Assembly (NCBI GenBank): GCA_021791245.1 | Contig: JAJYWY010000003.1 | Span: 1-62,446, forward strand | Reading direction: 5' to 3' | Length of the DNA stretch: 62,446 nucleotides | DNA from: Candidatus Micrarchaeota archaeon | Lineage (GTDB): Archaea > Micrarchaeota > Micrarchaeia > Micrarchaeales > CABMGC01 | In this document: piece by piece, positions 60,214-62,446 of the stretch | How positions within the stretch are numbered: position 1 is the first letter of the stretch | How the letters are laid out: the number at the start of each line of letters is the position of its first letter | The notes under the pieces: generated by a model | What the model was told of the DNA's origin: nothing | What the model saw: only the letters and a program-made list of their open reading frames with translations | Database searches by the model: none | Program-made: the position numbers and the translations under genes

Positions 60214-60870
60214 CTAGAAATAATATTTAGGCTCTTGCACTTCCTTAAGTATGATCGCGTTCTTCGCCTTCTTCTTAAATGTCTCTTCGGCTTCGCGGGA
60301 TCCTTTTTCTCCGAGTAGCTGCTTGTAATGGATAGGCGCAGAATTGCCTGCATCTATATCGTAAGATGCTGCCGCTGCCTCTTCCGCATCCATGACATAT
60401 GTGCCTCCCATAGGCAGCAGTGACAGATTAGTGCCGATTCCTTTCATTTCCTCGATTCTGTCTGTATCTCCAGCGTGGTAAATGCTGAACTTGCTGGTCT
60501 CAAGGATATAGCCAACCCATCCGCTTTCCTTCGGATGATACTGTAGCTTGCCTTGTGTGTTGTTGTATGCAGGCACAGTCCTGTATCTTATCCCTGCAGC
60601 TTCCCCTTCCTCAAAAGGCTTTACTGCATGCACGTTTTTGTAATGGAGCTTTGGCCTGCATTCCAATGGTACGATGAATATAGTTTCGTCGGTAGCTATT
60701 TTTTCAATGCTCCCTATGTCGAAGTGATCGAAATGCGGATGTGTTATGAATATCGCGTCTGCCTTGCCATATTCCTTCCCAAGATTGAAAGGGTCTATGA
60801 ATATTCTCTTTCCATTCTCTTCTAAAATGAAGCTTGCATGTCCTATCCACTTAAGGTTTTCAAAATTCAT
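60214..60870 (-). CDS. metallo-beta-lactamase-fold hydrolase (UPF0173-like)
   Basis: Contains LKWIGHASFILEENGKRIFIDPF and ADAIFITHPHFDHFD (HxHxDH). I trimmed the start to ATG 60870. Confidence 0.8.
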   Translation of the reverse strand: MNFENLKWIGHASFILEENGKRIFIDPFNLGKEYGKADAIFITHPHFDHFDIGSIEKIATDETIFIVPLECRPKLHYKNVHAVKPFEEGEAAGIRYRTVPAYNNTQGKLQYHPKESGWVGYILETSKFSIYHAGDTDRIEEMKGIGTNLSLLPMGGTYVMDAEEAAAASYDIDAGNSAPIHYKQLLGEKGSREAEETFKKKAKNAIILKEVQEPKYYF

Positions 60871-60958
60871 TATTTCCACCATAACTCCATTTTAATATTA
60901 ATTTAAGTTGGTTTAAGATAATAATATATAATATTACCAAGAATGATTTATAGAGATT

Positions 60959-62446
60959 ATGGGGAGCGGCATTTTAAAGGTTCCAGTTTTTCTTTTTCTT
61001 ATTTTAGCGCTACAGCTCTCCGTGCTTGAGGCAGTACAGTTTCCTATTGGCGCGCAATTCCGTACAGGCCTTCATCCGAGCCCTATATTCCAGGCAGCGC
61101 AGATACCATTATGTTCGATGACAGCACAGCAGATATACGCGGAGAGCCCTGCACAGCTGAATTCTCAATTATCACAGTCCTCGAGCTCTGGCCTTGACTG
61201 CCTGAGTCCAAGCCAGACAGATGCATTATACACTTCACAGGCAGTGTCTACGGGCCAGCTAAGCGAGAATTCGCTGGATTCCATAATAGGTTCTAACTCT
61301 GTTTCAACTGCAAGCCAGTCTGCGATTTCATCGCTGTTAAGCGGAATGAGCGGCCAGCAGATAGGGGGCCTGGGATTCGCATCTCTTTCTAACATGTTAA
61401 GTGATATGAATGGAAATACCATATCTGGAATCTCATCTTCCGCATTATCCAATCTGTTCTCGAATTTGGTGCCGGCGCAGATAGACGGCATCTCCACTGG
61501 CAGCCTGAGCAACATATATTCGGGCATGAATGCGCAGCAGATAAGCTCTATGCCTGCTTCTGCATGGGAAAACATGTTCATGGGAATGGCGCCGCAGCAA
61601 ATTGGCGGAATATCGACTGCAGCCATTACGAACCTGGCTAACAACCTTCAGGGGCAGCAGATAAGCCAGATCTCAGCTCAGGCATGGGGCAATCTCTTTG
61701 CCAATATGTTGCCTGTGCAGATCGGAGGCCTTTCAGCGCCTCAGATAGCTTCCATAGTAGGCAGCATGAATCCGCAGACCATATCGAATATGCCGCCCCA
61801 GGCGTGGGCAAACCTAGTCACGGATATGGCGCCTGGAACATTCAGCCAGATACCTACTTCTACGCTTATAACAATAATACAGAGCCAGCAGGCTCCGAAT
61901 GCCGCAGAAATACTTAGCGCAATACCGTCGCAGTACGAGGGAAGGCTCCTTGGCTCTATGTCGCCATCGCAGCAATCCGCAATAATAAGCATAGCAGAAC
62001 TCGGCACTGGCCAGCTCACAACGCAGCAGCTGATGGCTGGGCTCTCAGGCAGTTCGCTGGACAGCCTTCTCTCTGTGGCAACATCAGAGCAGCTGCCTGG
62101 TCTGGTAGGGGATCTTACCCCGCAGCAGCTCAGCACCCTCAACTCGCAGCAGATTGGCCTTCTTATGGCAAACCTTGCTTCATCTGAAGGAGGTTTTGGA
62201 AGCCTGCCTATTGGCACAATTGACCTTCTAATCTCAGAATCCCAGGATTACGGGAACATAGGATTAATCCTTTCTAGCCTGCCGCCCGGCACGCTGAACG
62301 GAGTGCTTTCTTCTATGCCGCCCGGCACGCTGAACGAGATATTCACCAATATGCCGCAGCAGTACATGCCGCAGATTGCAGCAGGACTTGCAGGAAGCTA
62401 CAGCACAGGAATAGTGCAGGAGCTCATACCCTCATCTCTCAACAAC
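60959..62446 (+). CDS. large secreted repeat protein (3' end beyond window)
   Basis: Absent from the ORF track because there is no stop. From ATG 60959 my translation is MGSGILKVPVFLFLILALQLSVLEA (signal peptide). Then 470 or more aa of degenerate ~25-aa units follow, such as SNLFSNLVPAQIDGISTGSL, SNIYSGMNAQQISSMPASAW, ENMFMGMAPQQIGGISTAAI and GNLFANMLPVQIGGLSAPQI. The frame is open to 62446. Confidence 0.7.
   Translation, partial: MGSGILKVPVFLFLILALQLSVLEAVQFPIGAQFRTGLHPSPIFQAAQIPLCSMTAQQIYAESPAQLNSQLSQSSSSGLDCLSPSQTDALYTSQAVSTGQLSENSLDSIIGSNSVSTASQSAISSLLSGMSGQQIGGLGFASLSNMLSDMNGNTISGISSSALSNLFSNLVPAQIDGISTGSLSNIYSGMNAQQISSMPASAWENMFMGMAPQQIGGISTAAITNLANNLQGQQISQISAQAWGNLFANMLPVQIGGLSAPQIASIVGSMNPQTISNMPPQAWANLVTDMAPGTFSQIPTSTLITIIQSQQAPNAAEILSAIPSQYEGRLLGSMSPSQQSAIISIAELGTGQLTTQQLMAGLSGSSLDSLLSVATSEQLPGLVGDLTPQQLSTLNSQQIGLLMANLASSEGGFGSLPIGTIDLLISESQDYGNIGLILSSLPPGTLNGVLSSMPPGTLNEIFTNMPQQYMPQIAAGLAGSYSTGIVQELIPSSLNN

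Noticed and set aside
61165-62217. Two minus-strand ORFs (61165..61644 and 61741..62217).
   Set aside because: Both lie antisense to a continuous 496-codon + strand frame that starts with a signal peptide and shows periodic repeats. The antisense ORFs are Cys/Pro/Ile-rich without structure.

Overview
This is a compact archaeal chromosome segment. Archaeal markers include aIF1A, aIF2-beta, TBP-type repeats, an archaeal histone, ribosomal proteins L10e and L21e, Dph2, GGGP synthase, a geranylgeranyl reductase, an AglB/STT3 oligosaccharyltransferase, pelota, Cgi121 and RIO kinase. Genes are tightly packed, often with overlapping stop and start codons. Many have an AT-rich TATA-like box about 25-35 nt upstream of the start, or a GGTG/GGAGG Shine-Dalgarno-like motif inside operons. 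Split or truncated genes, a multi-intron tRNA and many class-III-signal (type IV pilin-like) surface proteins suggest a small DPANN/Micrarchaeota-like archaeon; this is inference only. I call about 70 protein genes and three tRNAs: Ser(CGA) with two non-canonical introns, Val(GAC) and Lys(UUU). I saw no rRNA, CRISPR array, integrase or transposase. The main findings are: (1) A nine-gene co-directional operon (46147-53193) encodes a VirB2-like small membrane protein, a VirB6/CedA-like polytopic protein, a split VirB3/VirB4-like ATPase, four small proteins (three with TM segments, one soluble) and a second HerA/FtsK-type ATPase. This is a type IV secretion / Ced-Ted-like DNA-transfer apparatus sitting among housekeeping genes, preceded by a direct-plus-inverted repeat operator-like region. 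(2) Two separately encoded single-repeat 'half' TBP genes lie 17 kb apart, and no full-length TBP is present in the window. (3) Three essential enzymes (RNase Z, RNase HII, LeuRS) have conserved N-terminal motifs upstream of any in-frame ATG/GTG/TTG, each behind a GGTG motif, which implies CTG/ATT/ATA initiation. (4) A conserved 53-nt element with embedded paralogous mini-ORFs occurs twice, each about 80 nt upstream of a large gene. (5) A GXGXG beta-helix protein is flanked by two paralogous genes. (6) There is a CBS-HPF fusion and an nrdR-nrdJ pair with a candidate NrdR box. All homology calls come from motif recognition by eye, and no database search was run.
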